Below, piece after piece: positions 1 to 9,059 of a stretch of DNA of 64,000 bases. The stretch spans positions 15,124 through 79,123 of the forward strand of contig JBEBGM010000012.1 in NCBI GenBank assembly GCA_040081455.1. Direction: 5' to 3'. The translations under genes were made by a program, and so were the position numbers. The notes below the pieces were generated by a model that was given only the letters and a program-made list of their open reading frames with translations, did not search any database and had not been told where the DNA came from. This DNA is from Bryobacteraceae bacterium. GTDB lineage: Bacteria; Acidobacteriota; Terriglobia; Bryobacterales; Bryobacteraceae. Positions within the stretch are counted from its first letter, which is position 1, and every line of letters begins with the position of its first letter.

Positions 1-243
1 TCTCTGGCATAGGCATCTGCACAGGCCGGAAGGGCCAAAATGTGCAACACTTGTGTAAGTGTACCAGAGCGAGGCGTTATGGAGTCACGTTACTGATATA
101 AAGTGGCTTGTTACGCTGGCCAAGAGTTTAAAATTTGATTTTAAGTCCGTTGCGTCTGCCGATTTCGCCATTCGGGCACATTCGAATTCTAGCACCGCGC
201 ATGTCAAAAGCCGCATTTTTGCGCGAGTGCGGAACAAGAGAAG

Positions 244-879
244 TTATTGTGTGATGCCGCGCCGCATGGCGAACTTCACCAACTCCGTCGAGCTGTGCAG
301 TCCCAGCTTTTTCATGATGTTGCCGCGGTGCGCATCCACCGTAAAAACGCTCACGGAAAGCTCGGCTGCAATCTCTTTCGCCACTTTGCCGTCGGCCAAC
401 AGCCGCAGCACTTCTCGTTCGCGCGCCGTCAGCAAATCAAACGGATCCGCTGTCTGCCGGTAGCCTTCAAGAACCGTTCCCGAAATCTCGGGACTCAGAA
501 AACCATCCCCCAATGCCACAGCGCGGACAGCCCGTAGGAAGTCCGAGTCGATCGAATCCTTCAACAAATATCCCTTTGCTCCCGCCCGCAAGGACTCTCG
601 CACGTACACTGCATCTTTGTGCATGCTGAGGATGAGAATCCGGCTGCCAGGGTCGGCCTCGATAATCCGCCGCGTCGCTTCCACGCCGTTGAGATCCGGC
701 ATGGCGATATCCAAGATCACAACGTCGGGCTTCAGTTCCCCTGCTAAACGAACGGCTTCGCGGCCTGTTCCGGCTTCCGCGATCACCTCGATATCGGGTT
801 CCTGGCTTAGAATCAACCGAAAGCCCTTGCGGACCACTGTGTGGTCATCGGCCAAAAGTATGCGTGTTTTGCGTGGCAT
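244..879 (-). CDS. NarL/LuxR-family response regulator
   Basis: 211-aa ORF. N-terminal receiver domain (ILLADDH, DVVILDIAMPDLNG) and C-terminal LuxR-type HTH (LTAREREVLRLLADGKVAKEIA). The ATG at 879 overlaps the 3' end of the upstream kinase gene. Confidence 0.9.
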   Translation of the reverse strand: MPRKTRILLADDHTVVRKGFRLILSQEPDIEVIAEAGTGREAVRLAGELKPDVVILDIAMPDLNGVEATRRIIEADPGSRILILSMHKDAVYVRESLRAGAKGYLLKDSIDSDFLRAVRAVALGDGFLSPEISGTVLEGYRQTADPFDLLTAREREVLRLLADGKVAKEIAAELSVSVFTVDAHRGNIMKKLGLHSSTELVKFAMRRGITQ

Positions 880-2149
880 GAGCAGTTGCTATCGGCACCT
901 GAACCGTGATGTTTACGCCACGGCCAGCGTCGGAATTGATACGGAACGTCCCCCCGGCAGCGCGCGCACGGGCGCGCATACCGACCAGGCCCAACCCTCT
1001 CGCCGAGCCAGTATTCACTATACCCTTACCGTTGTCAGTTACGGTCAGGACCAATGTTTGGTCCTTTCCTTGAAGGTCGACTCGAACTTTGGTTGCCGCG
1101 GAATGCCGGCTTACGTTGGTCAGCGCCTCCTGCACAATACGAAAGAGTTGCGTTTCTACTTCGTCGGGAAGCCGTCCCACTGGGGATGACTGAAAATCCA
1201 CATGAATGTTCGTGCGCTGGGAAAACCGTTCCACCAGCCAGCGCAAACTTGCTTCCAATCCGAAATCGTCCAGCACGCTTGGCCGCATCAGTTGCGAGAG
1301 CTCGCGTGTGTTGGCAATCGCCTGCTTCACCAGCGCCAGGCAATCCTCCACACGGTTTTCGTGAAAGGCGCGAGCGTGGTGTATCGCCACCAGGTTAGCC
1401 TCCAACGCACTCAGTGTTTGCCCAAATTCGTCATGCAACTCGCGGGAAAACCGTCGCGAGGTTTCTTCCTGATCCGCCATTGTGCGCGAGGAAAGCGACG
1501 AGAGCTCCTCTGTCTGGAATTGAAGCTGACGGTACATTTTGCCAACAACACGAACCGTGAAGAACGCCGCTCCCATGGCAATGACCAAGGCGGCCGCCAA
1601 CAGACCGACCGAAACCAGCACGCGCCGCTCTGCGCGCTCCGTTTCCCGTCTTTGGGCTGCGGCAGCAGTATCAAAATGAAACGCGGCAAGGTCACCCAAT
1701 GCGTTAATCAACACCTCGTGGGTCCGATAAAAATCAAACGAAGGCGGCTTCCCAGAAGTCAGGGTGGTTCGCCCAACGGTAATGAAGTTCGCGGCTGCGT
1801 CCCGGACCCGGCCCCATAGCGCGGGGTTGCCAGAAGCCAGTCCGGCTGAGATTGCCTCGTCCGCCACTTTCTCCAGATTGTTCAACCTGCTCAGCAGAGC
1901 GGCCCGCTCCCGATCCCCTGGCCCCGCCGCCAGTGCGTAGAACACGGCGCTCAGACTATCCTCTTCCTGCTGAACATCGTCGATGAGCCGCAGCGTGGCT
2001 CGCTGGCCGGCCAGAAGCCGAGCGGTATCGGATTCCGTGGATCGCATGGCGTCAACGCTAATGTAGACAGAGGTCGCTAGCAGCCCGATCAACAGGGTGA
2101 AGCCGGCGATCAGTACCCGGAAAAACGCACCTTCCCTCGGAGCTTGCAT
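845..2149 (-). CDS. Sensor histidine kinase (HisKA_3 type) with helical periplasmic sensor region
   Basis: 434-aa ORF. Two TM segments flank a ~150-aa helical region. H-box SRELHDEFGQTLSAL; HATPase_c motifs EALTNVSRH, DNGKGI, GLGLVGMRAR. Confidence 0.85.
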   Translation of the reverse strand: MQAPREGAFFRVLIAGFTLLIGLLATSVYISVDAMRSTESDTARLLAGQRATLRLIDDVQQEEDSLSAVFYALAAGPGDRERAALLSRLNNLEKVADEAISAGLASGNPALWGRVRDAAANFITVGRTTLTSGKPPSFDFYRTHEVLINALGDLAAFHFDTAAAAQRRETERAERRVLVSVGLLAAALVIAMGAAFFTVRVVGKMYRQLQFQTEELSSLSSRTMADQEETSRRFSRELHDEFGQTLSALEANLVAIHHARAFHENRVEDCLALVKQAIANTRELSQLMRPSVLDDFGLEASLRWLVERFSQRTNIHVDFQSSPVGRLPDEVETQLFRIVQEALTNVSRHSAATKVRVDLQGKDQTLVLTVTDNGKGIVNTGSARGLGLVGMRARARAAGGTFRINSDAGRGVNITVQVPIATAHATQNTHTFGR

Positions 2150-2384
2150 AACGCTTCAGAATCCCACAGTTCTCACGCCAAGTGCAGGCGACTGACCCGC
2201 ATGCCGAAACCGCAACCCGACCCTAACTGTTTCTGAATTAAGGCTTAGACGCTATCGATAAGATTACGTGAGGATTACCACGAAACGGGGCTAGAAAACC
2301 GACCCAAAAGCCGTTAGGCACTTGCTTGGAGCAGGCAAGGAACCATATCCTTGATATGGCAAATAGTTTCTAGCGGCATCCCCC

Positions 2385-3932
2385 ATGAATCCCTCGACCC
2401 TCAAACAGGACTTACTGGCCTCCGTTGTCGTTTTCCTTGTCGCGCTACCGCTTTGCCTTGGCATAGCCATCGCTTCCGGCCTCCCTCCAGCTGCAGGCTT
2501 GATTACAGGCATCGTCGGGGGAATCGTAGCGGGAGCTCTTTCGGGTTGTCCTTTGCAGGTCAGCGGCCCTGCGGCCGGCCTGGCGGTCCTGGTTTACGAG
2601 ATCGTCCAGGAGCACGGCATCGAGAGGCTCGGCGTCGTGGTGATCCTCGCCGGATTACTGCAAGTGGCTGCTGGACTTTTGCGCCTGGGCCAGATCTTCC
2701 GCGCAATCTCGCCGTCGGTCGTCTATGGCATGTTGGCCGGCATCGGTATCCTGATCTTCGGCGGTCAGTTCCACGTGATGGTGGATGACAAACCTCGGGA
2801 AAACGGACTGAAGAATCTGCTGGCAATTCCGGAATCCATCATGAAGGGCTTGGTTCCGGGTGAAGGCACAAATTATCATTTGGCCGCATATATCGGCATT
2901 GCAACCATCATCATGCTTGTGGTGTGGGCTCGCTATGCACCCAAGGCGTTGAAGTGGATCCCTGGCGCTTTGATCGCCGTCATTGTTTCAACCGTCGCGG
3001 CTACCGTGTTGCACCTTCCGGTGAAGTATGTACAACTCAGCGATAACCTTTTCGGAACCTTGCAGTTCATGAACATCGCGCAATTGCCGGGAATGCTCAA
3101 CGGCGAAACGATGGTGTTGGCCTTCACCGTCGCCTTCGTAGCGAGTGCGGAAACGCTGCTTTCCGCAGCGGCGGTGGACCAAATGCACGATGGTCCACGC
3201 GCGAACTACAACAAGGAATTGATGTCGCAAGGCATTGGCAACACTATTTGCGGCTTCCTCGGGTCAATACCGATGACTGGTGTGATTGTTCGCAGCGCCA
3301 CCAACGTTGCTGCCGGGGCCAAGACCCGCGTGTCGGCCATTTTCCATGGCATATTCCTGTTGGCTTTGGTGGCCTTGGCTCCGCAACTCCTTCGGATGAT
3401 TCCGACGGCCTGCTTGGCAGCGATCCTGGTCTTCACCGGCTATAAGCTGGTGAATCTGGACAATATCAAACGCCTGCTTCGCTACGGCGGCGCACCAGTG
3501 GTAATCTACGCCGCAACCGCGATCGGCATTGTCGCCACGGATATGCTGAAGGGCATCATGCTTGGGATTGTGCTTTCGCTGCTAAAAGTGGTCTACGCAC
3601 GCACACACTTCAGTATCCGGCAGGAATTGCATAGCAACGGGAAGCGCGTCGATGTCTACCTGGAGGGAGCGGCTACGTTCTTGCGTTTGCCCCGATTCTC
3701 TGATGCGCTCGAGTCCCTCGATTCGGACAAGGAAATCCACATTCACTTGCGCGGCCTGGACTACGTGGACGATGCCTGCCTGGAGGCGCTCACCAGTTGG
3801 CACCAGCAACGGACGCGCCGCGGTTCCATCGCCGTAGTTGAGTGGCAGGAAGCGCTGCAGCTGTACCGTGATCGTAACCCGCTCGGATCGTATCAAAGGG
3901 CGGATCTCGTCGTCACCGGCTCCTCACACTGA
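2385..3932 (+). CDS. SulP-family inorganic anion transporter with C-terminal STAS domain
   Basis: 515-aa polytopic ORF. SulP-type N-terminus (LVALPLCLGIAIASGLPPAAGLITGIVGG) and a soluble C-terminal STAS-like region (VDVYLEGAATFLRL...LRGLDYVDDACLEAL). Confidence 0.85.
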   Translation: MNPSTLKQDLLASVVVFLVALPLCLGIAIASGLPPAAGLITGIVGGIVAGALSGCPLQVSGPAAGLAVLVYEIVQEHGIERLGVVVILAGLLQVAAGLLRLGQIFRAISPSVVYGMLAGIGILIFGGQFHVMVDDKPRENGLKNLLAIPESIMKGLVPGEGTNYHLAAYIGIATIIMLVVWARYAPKALKWIPGALIAVIVSTVAATVLHLPVKYVQLSDNLFGTLQFMNIAQLPGMLNGETMVLAFTVAFVASAETLLSAAAVDQMHDGPRANYNKELMSQGIGNTICGFLGSIPMTGVIVRSATNVAAGAKTRVSAIFHGIFLLALVALAPQLLRMIPTACLAAILVFTGYKLVNLDNIKRLLRYGGAPVVIYAATAIGIVATDMLKGIMLGIVLSLLKVVYARTHFSIRQELHSNGKRVDVYLEGAATFLRLPRFSDALESLDSDKEIHIHLRGLDYVDDACLEALTSWHQQRTRRGSIAVVEWQEALQLYRDRNPLGSYQRADLVVTGSSH

Positions 3933-3944
3933 GAGTTCCCCCAC

Positions 3945-4757
3945 ATGTCGATTTCCATCAAGACCATACTGACGCCCGTGGATTTCTCCAGCCGCGCGGA
4001 GAAGAGTGTCGCCTATGCGGCCCGTTTGGCCCGGCACTACGGAGCTGAAGTCGTGCTGCTGCACGTGGTCGAGGCGCCGCACGTCGATTACGCCATGGCC
4101 CAGACGCCAGACTTCTCCGCCCAGCTTGAGAAGATGCAAACCGAGCACGCTCGAGCCCAGATGGCGGGATTCGCTTCCGCACACTTGGATGGCATCCGCA
4201 CCCGCTATTTGCTCGCGCATGGCCCGGCCGCGGATGAGATTCTTGCGAACGCGGCCCATGCGGATCTGGTCGTCATGCCGACGCAGGGCCACGGCCGCCT
4301 CCGCGAGTTCCTGATTGGCTCTGTCACCGCCAAGGTGCTGCACGATTGCGAAAAGCCGGTGCTGACCGGTATCCATCTGATCGATTTGTCCCTTGCCTCC
4401 GACTGGAGCGTCAGCAATATCGTCGCTGCCATCGACCTGGGGCCGGAGACAACCGCCGTACTAAAGTGGAGCGCCGCTCTTGCGTCCGAGTTCCATGCGA
4501 AGGTCACGGTTGTACACGTAAATTCCGAATCCGGCATCGCCGAGCACATAGGGAAATTGGCTCAGGACGCGGGACTGCAAGCTGAAATCGTGGTGCTGCC
4601 CGGCGAGCCGCATCGCGGCGTCGTCGCAACGGCGGAAGCAATCGGCGCAGACCTCCTCATCATTGGCCGCGGCTCGACGCCTGGTGCATTTGGCCGGCTC
4701 CGCGCCCAGGCTTACGAGATCGTCCGAAAGTCCCCCTGCCCCGTACTGAGCGTCTAA
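3945..4757 (+). CDS. Universal stress protein, tandem UspA domains
   Basis: 270-aa ORF starting 12 nt after the SulP gene. Two Usp-like halves (ILTPVDFS...VVMPTQGHGRLREFLIGSVTAKVLH and IVAAIDLG...LLIIGRGS...VRKSPCPVLSV). Confidence 0.8.
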   Translation: MSISIKTILTPVDFSSRAEKSVAYAARLARHYGAEVVLLHVVEAPHVDYAMAQTPDFSAQLEKMQTEHARAQMAGFASAHLDGIRTRYLLAHGPAADEILANAAHADLVVMPTQGHGRLREFLIGSVTAKVLHDCEKPVLTGIHLIDLSLASDWSVSNIVAAIDLGPETTAVLKWSAALASEFHAKVTVVHVNSESGIAEHIGKLAQDAGLQAEIVVLPGEPHRGVVATAEAIGADLLIIGRGSTPGAFGRLRAQAYEIVRKSPCPVLSV

Positions 4758-4900
4758 GGTCCAGGCCCGGAAAGCCATGCAGGCGAACGAGTTGGCGCGT
4801 CATTTCCGGTGCCCGATCGGGTCGCCCAAACAGACGCGCTCTGCTCAGGTACACTAAAGGATTACCTGTCCGGGTATCCCGGCTACAGGAACGAACGTAC

Positions 4901-6469
4901 ATGATGCATCGCAGTGTCACGATTCCGGGCCTCCTGTTCCTTGTGGTGGCCTGTTCCCCCGACGTTTTTGCTGCCCGCAAGCGCACGCCAAAGAAAGAGC
5001 CCTCGCCCGCAGCCACTAGCGAGGTAAGCGGCAAGAAACAAAAGACGGCCCGCAACAAAAAGAAACCAGCGCCTCCCATCCGCGTTCGTCCGCAAGCCGA
5101 AATCCCCGCCGTCACAGAGTCCGCCTCGGTTTGGCAGGGCTGCCTTGGTTCCGATGATTTGCCCCGGCTGGCGGAGCAGCTTGGCATGGAGCAGTCTAGC
5201 CTTAATTCCGTATTGAACCAGGAAGGCGTGCTCGTCACTGAGGGCCAGCCCTGTGTTCGCTATGTGGCGGCAACAGGTGGTGAGAACGGCGTCGCATCCG
5301 CAACCTTCGAGCGCCCCGAGAAACGAGACGACAAATCCGCCGTAGTTGCGGTCCGCAAGACCGCCGACGGCATTGTTGTCACACCCGGTGCTTGCGATTG
5401 TCACGAAGCCTCACGCCGCACCTTACTCCTCCCGGCCGCCGAACTCAGTAATTCATCCAGCGACGTAATGGCCAGTCTTCCGAAGAGTGCCCGTTGGCAA
5501 TTGTCGGTACTCGTTCCGCAAATGATTCAACGGGCTGATGCAAAACAAACGTCTCCCGAGGCCGTTTCGCCGGACGCTGTCTTCATCCCCGCGGTGAACG
5601 ACACCAGCGCCCACGCCGTCCGCAGCCGGGAGGCCTCCTTTGAGCAGTCCGCTCCAGACTACCTGGTCCGTGTCATCGTAGAAAGTCACCACGATGCCGA
5701 TCCCGAGCATCTGCAGTCGGTGGAACTGCTGGACTTCAACACTAACGTACGGGTCGATGGCGCCTGGTGGCTCGAACGCGAAGGCCGCCCAGGAGTTTTC
5801 ATTGGCATGGACGGACTCTCCTACGAGCGCGGCTTGTGGCTTTCACCAGTGAAATACAGCTACACATCGCGAGGAGTTGGGCCCGCAGTCACTACGTTCC
5901 GCAACCGGATTAAACTTCCCAAGTTTTTGGGTGGAAAGGGCAAGCAAGAGAAACCAAAAACGGAAGTTCGGTCCGTGAAGGTTCGCGGCCTGCATCTCGG
6001 CCTGGATATGCTCGCGCCAAAGGGTTACGAAGTCCACGCCGTCACTGACGCCACCGTTGCCTTCTCCGGACGTCAAGGCGGCTACGGCAACCTTATCATT
6101 CTCGATCACGGCATGGGCTATCAGACTTACTATGCGCATCTTTCAAAGATCGAAGTCGGCATCAAGCCGGGCGCAAAGGTAGTCGCGGGCGAAGTGATCG
6201 GCCTCGTCGGCTCCACCGGCCGGTCTACTGCTCCGCACTTGCACTTCGAGACACGCAAAGACAAGGTGTATCTCGATCCTGTAGACGACAGCCGCCAGTT
6301 GGAATTTTGGCTATTGAGCGCCGATGACCAGGAGCGTCTGGCGATGCAACTTTTGACACCATCGCTCAGCTCAGCGAACGGCGAATCCGGTGGCGCAAAC
6401 CAACCGCAAGGTCTGGCGCCAGCGGCTGCGGCCGGCGATAACGGCGGTTCTTTTAGTCCGGTCCCATAG
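4901..6469 (+). CDS. M23/LytM-family metallopeptidase, probable lipoprotein
   Basis: 522-aa ORF. Signal peptide with lipobox-like LVVAC, then a Lys-rich low-complexity stretch. C-terminal M23 motifs (HLGLDMLAP, GNLIILDHG, GLVGSTGRSTAPHLHFE). Confidence 0.85.
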   Translation: MMHRSVTIPGLLFLVVACSPDVFAARKRTPKKEPSPAATSEVSGKKQKTARNKKKPAPPIRVRPQAEIPAVTESASVWQGCLGSDDLPRLAEQLGMEQSSLNSVLNQEGVLVTEGQPCVRYVAATGGENGVASATFERPEKRDDKSAVVAVRKTADGIVVTPGACDCHEASRRTLLLPAAELSNSSSDVMASLPKSARWQLSVLVPQMIQRADAKQTSPEAVSPDAVFIPAVNDTSAHAVRSREASFEQSAPDYLVRVIVESHHDADPEHLQSVELLDFNTNVRVDGAWWLEREGRPGVFIGMDGLSYERGLWLSPVKYSYTSRGVGPAVTTFRNRIKLPKFLGGKGKQEKPKTEVRSVKVRGLHLGLDMLAPKGYEVHAVTDATVAFSGRQGGYGNLIILDHGMGYQTYYAHLSKIEVGIKPGAKVVAGEVIGLVGSTGRSTAPHLHFETRKDKVYLDPVDDSRQLEFWLLSADDQERLAMQLLTPSLSSANGESGGANQPQGLAPAAAAGDNGGSFSPVP

Positions 6470-6546
6470 CCCCCTGGGGATTTGCGTTACAACGGCGAAT
6501 CGGACTTATTGCGGTGGGGTCCTCTTGGTTAGTGCAGCCAAAAAGT

Positions 6547-6574
6547 AAGGGCCCAGCGCGAACGCTGGACCCTT
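6547..6574. terminator. Bidirectional hairpin between convergent genes
   Basis: AAGGGCCCAGCG-CGAA-CGCTGGACCCTT, a 12-bp stem with one mismatch. It is flanked by an A-run upstream and TT downstream, and lies between the M23 gene (+) and the Phi_1-like gene (-). Confidence 0.5.
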
Positions 6575-6591
6575 TAGTTGCCTTACCGGCG

Positions 6592-8421
6592 CTAGTTAAT
6601 GGTAAGCGTGGCCGTTGCGGTTTTCGTCACACCGCCACCGGTTCCTGTCACCGTAATCGTACGGCTTCCTGTGGAGGCGTTGCTAGCTACGTTTATGCTC
6701 AGCGTCGCCGTTCCGTTGCCACCGGCAACCGATGAGGGAGCGATGCTCGCGGTCACACGCGACGGCAGACCGCTCACCGATAGCGCTACGTTTGATGAGA
6801 ATCCACCGCTCGCGGCCACAGTAATCGTATAGCTGCCGGTACGACCTCGCCGCACCGTGAGGCGCGATGGCGACAGGCTCACCGTGAATGTACCGGCCGC
6901 GGTGACCGTCAGCGTGCCCGAAATCGTGTGGATCAGTGCACCGCTCGTGCCGGTCACCGTGAAGTTGATGTTGCCGACTGGGGTCGCCGAAGTTGTCAGG
7001 AACGAGACCGTCCCCGGAGTCGAGGTCGTCGCCGCAGTGGTGCTCACTGTGACGCCGGCAGGCAAACTCGCCGGACTCGTCACCGCGAGGTTCACCGTGC
7101 CCGAGAACCCATTCAAGGGACTCACAGCGATGCTGTAAGTGCTTGGTGTGGCCGAACCGCGGACAACACTCAGCGTGCTGGGGGAAATCGACAAGCCGAA
7201 GTCCGGCTTGGTGACTACCAGTGTCAGCGCCGCCGTGCGGGTGACGCCGTTGTAGGTTCCATTCACCGTCAACGGATAGGTGCCGGAAGGAGTGGCCGCT
7301 GTCGTCGTAATCGTCAGCACAGAGCTTCCTGTGGTCGAAGACGGAGAGAAGTTCGGAACCGCGCCCAGCGGCAACGTGCCCGTCAACGTCAAGGCCACCG
7401 AATTATTGAAGCCATTCGACGGATTCACAGTTACGTTGTAAGTGGCTGCACCTCCTGGATTTACCGTCCGAGATGTGGGCGACAAGGACACGCTGAAGTC
7501 TGGGGACACACTGTATGACTTGGCGCAGGAACCGCCATTCGCGTTCACCCAGTTCTGCTGGATGAGATAATCCAGGCCGCCCAACTTCATGTTGGCAATA
7601 GCGCCGTTGGTGGTGGTGTAGGTTGTGCCCCAAGTCCATGAACATTTGTCCGCGTTCTCTTCGCCGTTGACGTCGTACCAGGCGTTCAATTGAGGATCCG
7701 TTACGGCTTCTTCCAGTTCGTGTGCCAACACGGACACCATTGCGTCCGCGCCCATATCGCCGTTCGGACTGGGTGCGCCGTGCCCGGTACAACCGTAAAC
7801 TCCATCCGCATCGCCGACGAATGAGTACTTCATCCACACACCGTTGTAGGTGGCAGCCGAGTGCCAACCGCAATAAGAGGAGAGGAATCCGGAGGATTCA
7901 CCGACTCCTGGAGCAGTCAAGACAAAATAGATGCCGTTCGGATCAGGCGAAAGGCCGTCATTGGTGAACGCCCGTTTCACGATGTTCCAGATGTCGCTAT
8001 CGGTAAGATTCGTTGGATTCGCCGCAACATAGCTGGACGTCACGCTGCCGGCCAAAATGACCGAGCCTGTCACATTGACGTTCGCGGCGTTGAAGTAGGT
8101 GGTGTTGATGTTGTAATAGGGCGAGCCGCCAATATTATTGGCGAAATTGGTTAAAATCCCGTTCGCCAACGGACGTGCCGCCCAGTTGCCATACCAGATG
8201 TAATACATGTTGGCGCCATTCACCATGACCGGGCCGCCATGATAGTCGATACCATTGCCGGTGGTGTTCGCGCCGTTGATGACAGCACGCCGCGAAACGT
8301 CGTGCAGTCTGTGCCGCACGTAACGCCCGCTCTCTTCGTCGCGACGGTCTTCGCCGTGTTGCGCAAAACCGGTGGCCGCAGCCAGCACTGTCGCAACCAA
8401 GCCGAAAAGTAGCCTCTTCAT
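6592..8421 (-). CDS. Secreted protein: EXORDIUM/Phi_1-like N-terminal domain plus three Ig-like repeats
   Basis: 609-aa ORF with a Sec signal (LVATVLAAATGFAQ) and a GGAGGA SD. Residues ~55-303 match the Phi_1/EXORDIUM pattern by eye (IDYHGGPVM, YYIWYGNW, LTDSDI, GIYFVLTAPGV, YCGWHS, SPNGDMGADAMVSVLAHEL, GLDYLIQQNW). Confidence 0.65.
   Translation of the reverse strand: MKRLLFGLVATVLAAATGFAQHGEDRRDEESGRYVRHRLHDVSRRAVINGANTTGNGIDYHGGPVMVNGANMYYIWYGNWAARPLANGILTNFANNIGGSPYYNINTTYFNAANVNVTGSVILAGSVTSSYVAANPTNLTDSDIWNIVKRAFTNDGLSPDPNGIYFVLTAPGVGESSGFLSSYCGWHSAATYNGVWMKYSFVGDADGVYGCTGHGAPSPNGDMGADAMVSVLAHELEEAVTDPQLNAWYDVNGEENADKCSWTWGTTYTTTNGAIANMKLGGLDYLIQQNWVNANGGSCAKSYSVSPDFSVSLSPTSRTVNPGGAATYNVTVNPSNGFNNSVALTLTGTLPLGAVPNFSPSSTTGSSVLTITTTAATPSGTYPLTVNGTYNGVTRTAALTLVVTKPDFGLSISPSTLSVVRGSATPSTYSIAVSPLNGFSGTVNLAVTSPASLPAGVTVSTTAATTSTPGTVSFLTTSATPVGNINFTVTGTSGALIHTISGTLTVTAAGTFTVSLSPSRLTVRRGRTGSYTITVAASGGFSSNVALSVSGLPSRVTASIAPSSVAGGNGTATLSINVASNASTGSRTITVTGTGGGVTKTATATLTIN
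6595..7503 (-). repeat. Three tandem ~100-aa Ig-like domain repeats (coding)
   Basis: Residues 307-609 of the 609-aa ORF repeat one pattern three times: F(S/G/T)(V/L)S(L/I)SPS..(T/S)V..G....Y.(V/I).V....GF...V.L.V.G(L)P......(S/T)....G..T.T(L/V).... Confidence 0.6.
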
Positions 8422-8575
8422 TCGATCTCCTCCAACACACCCAAGGTGCAGTGTAATACAAACAAATTCTTACGCAACTTGCACTCTACTCACAATCGAG
8501 TGAAAAGCAACAAAATACAGCAAGGGATTGGCCCGAAACGGAGGTCAAATCCACCTAGCCGCCCCTATTTGACAC

Positions 8576-8959
8576 TTAGTAGTGCGCGACACGTGGATCG
8601 ATTGGCGCAGAAAGTATAAGAACGTTAATAATCATTGCGGAGACTCCGCAGAATGCGATCCCAAGAGCCATGGGGAGTGCGCTTTCGCTGTGGATCGCGC
8701 CCAAGCCAATCACCGCCACGGCGGCGACGGCATACTGGTGATAGGCCCATAAAGAGCCTGCCCCAATGCAAAACCGATAAAAAAGGTGACCAGCGTCGTT
8801 TGCACTTGCACGGTATTGGCGGCAAAGAGGCGCTCGAGAAGAGGCATCGCCGGGCAGATACATATCAATGGAAAGAGGCGCAAATGACTACAGGATTCCC
8901 ATCAGCACGATGAGTTCAACGTATTGCAGCTTGTTAACTGAAACGCTCGGCGAGGTCAC
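8576..8959 (-). pseudogene. Decayed N-terminal remnant of a Bcr/CflA-type MFS drug-efflux transporter
   Basis: Minus-strand reading from GTG 8959 gives MTSPSVSVNKLQYVELIVLMGIL-TAG(8888..8890)-SFAPLSIDMYLPG. After a +1 shift near 8845 it reads MPLLERLFAANTVQVQTTLVTFFIGFALGQALYGPIT, followed by a further shift. It matches E. coli Bcr (PLSIDMYLPALP...[20 protein letters not shown]). Only ~125 of ~400 codons remain. Confidence 0.7.
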
Positions 8960-9059
8960 GAACCTGCCAGTGTGGCAAGCGTAGTCCGATTCCGACTGCG
9001 AACGGAACGCGTCCACCGCTATTCTGTAGAGATCCGGCAAACTGCTGGACGGCAGCAGC

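Noticed and set aside
1-243. AT-richer 243-nt stretch at the window start with no convincing ORF.
   Set aside because: It contains only a weak hairpin (CCGCA...TGCGG plus CTTTT) after the regulator gene. It may hold the end of a gene outside the window, and nothing can be supported.
2343-2359. Short inverted repeat CCATAT-5 nt-ATATGG, 25 nt upstream of the SulP start.
   Set aside because: It has only 6-bp arms. It could be an operator or a 5'-UTR hairpin, but it is too short to separate from chance.
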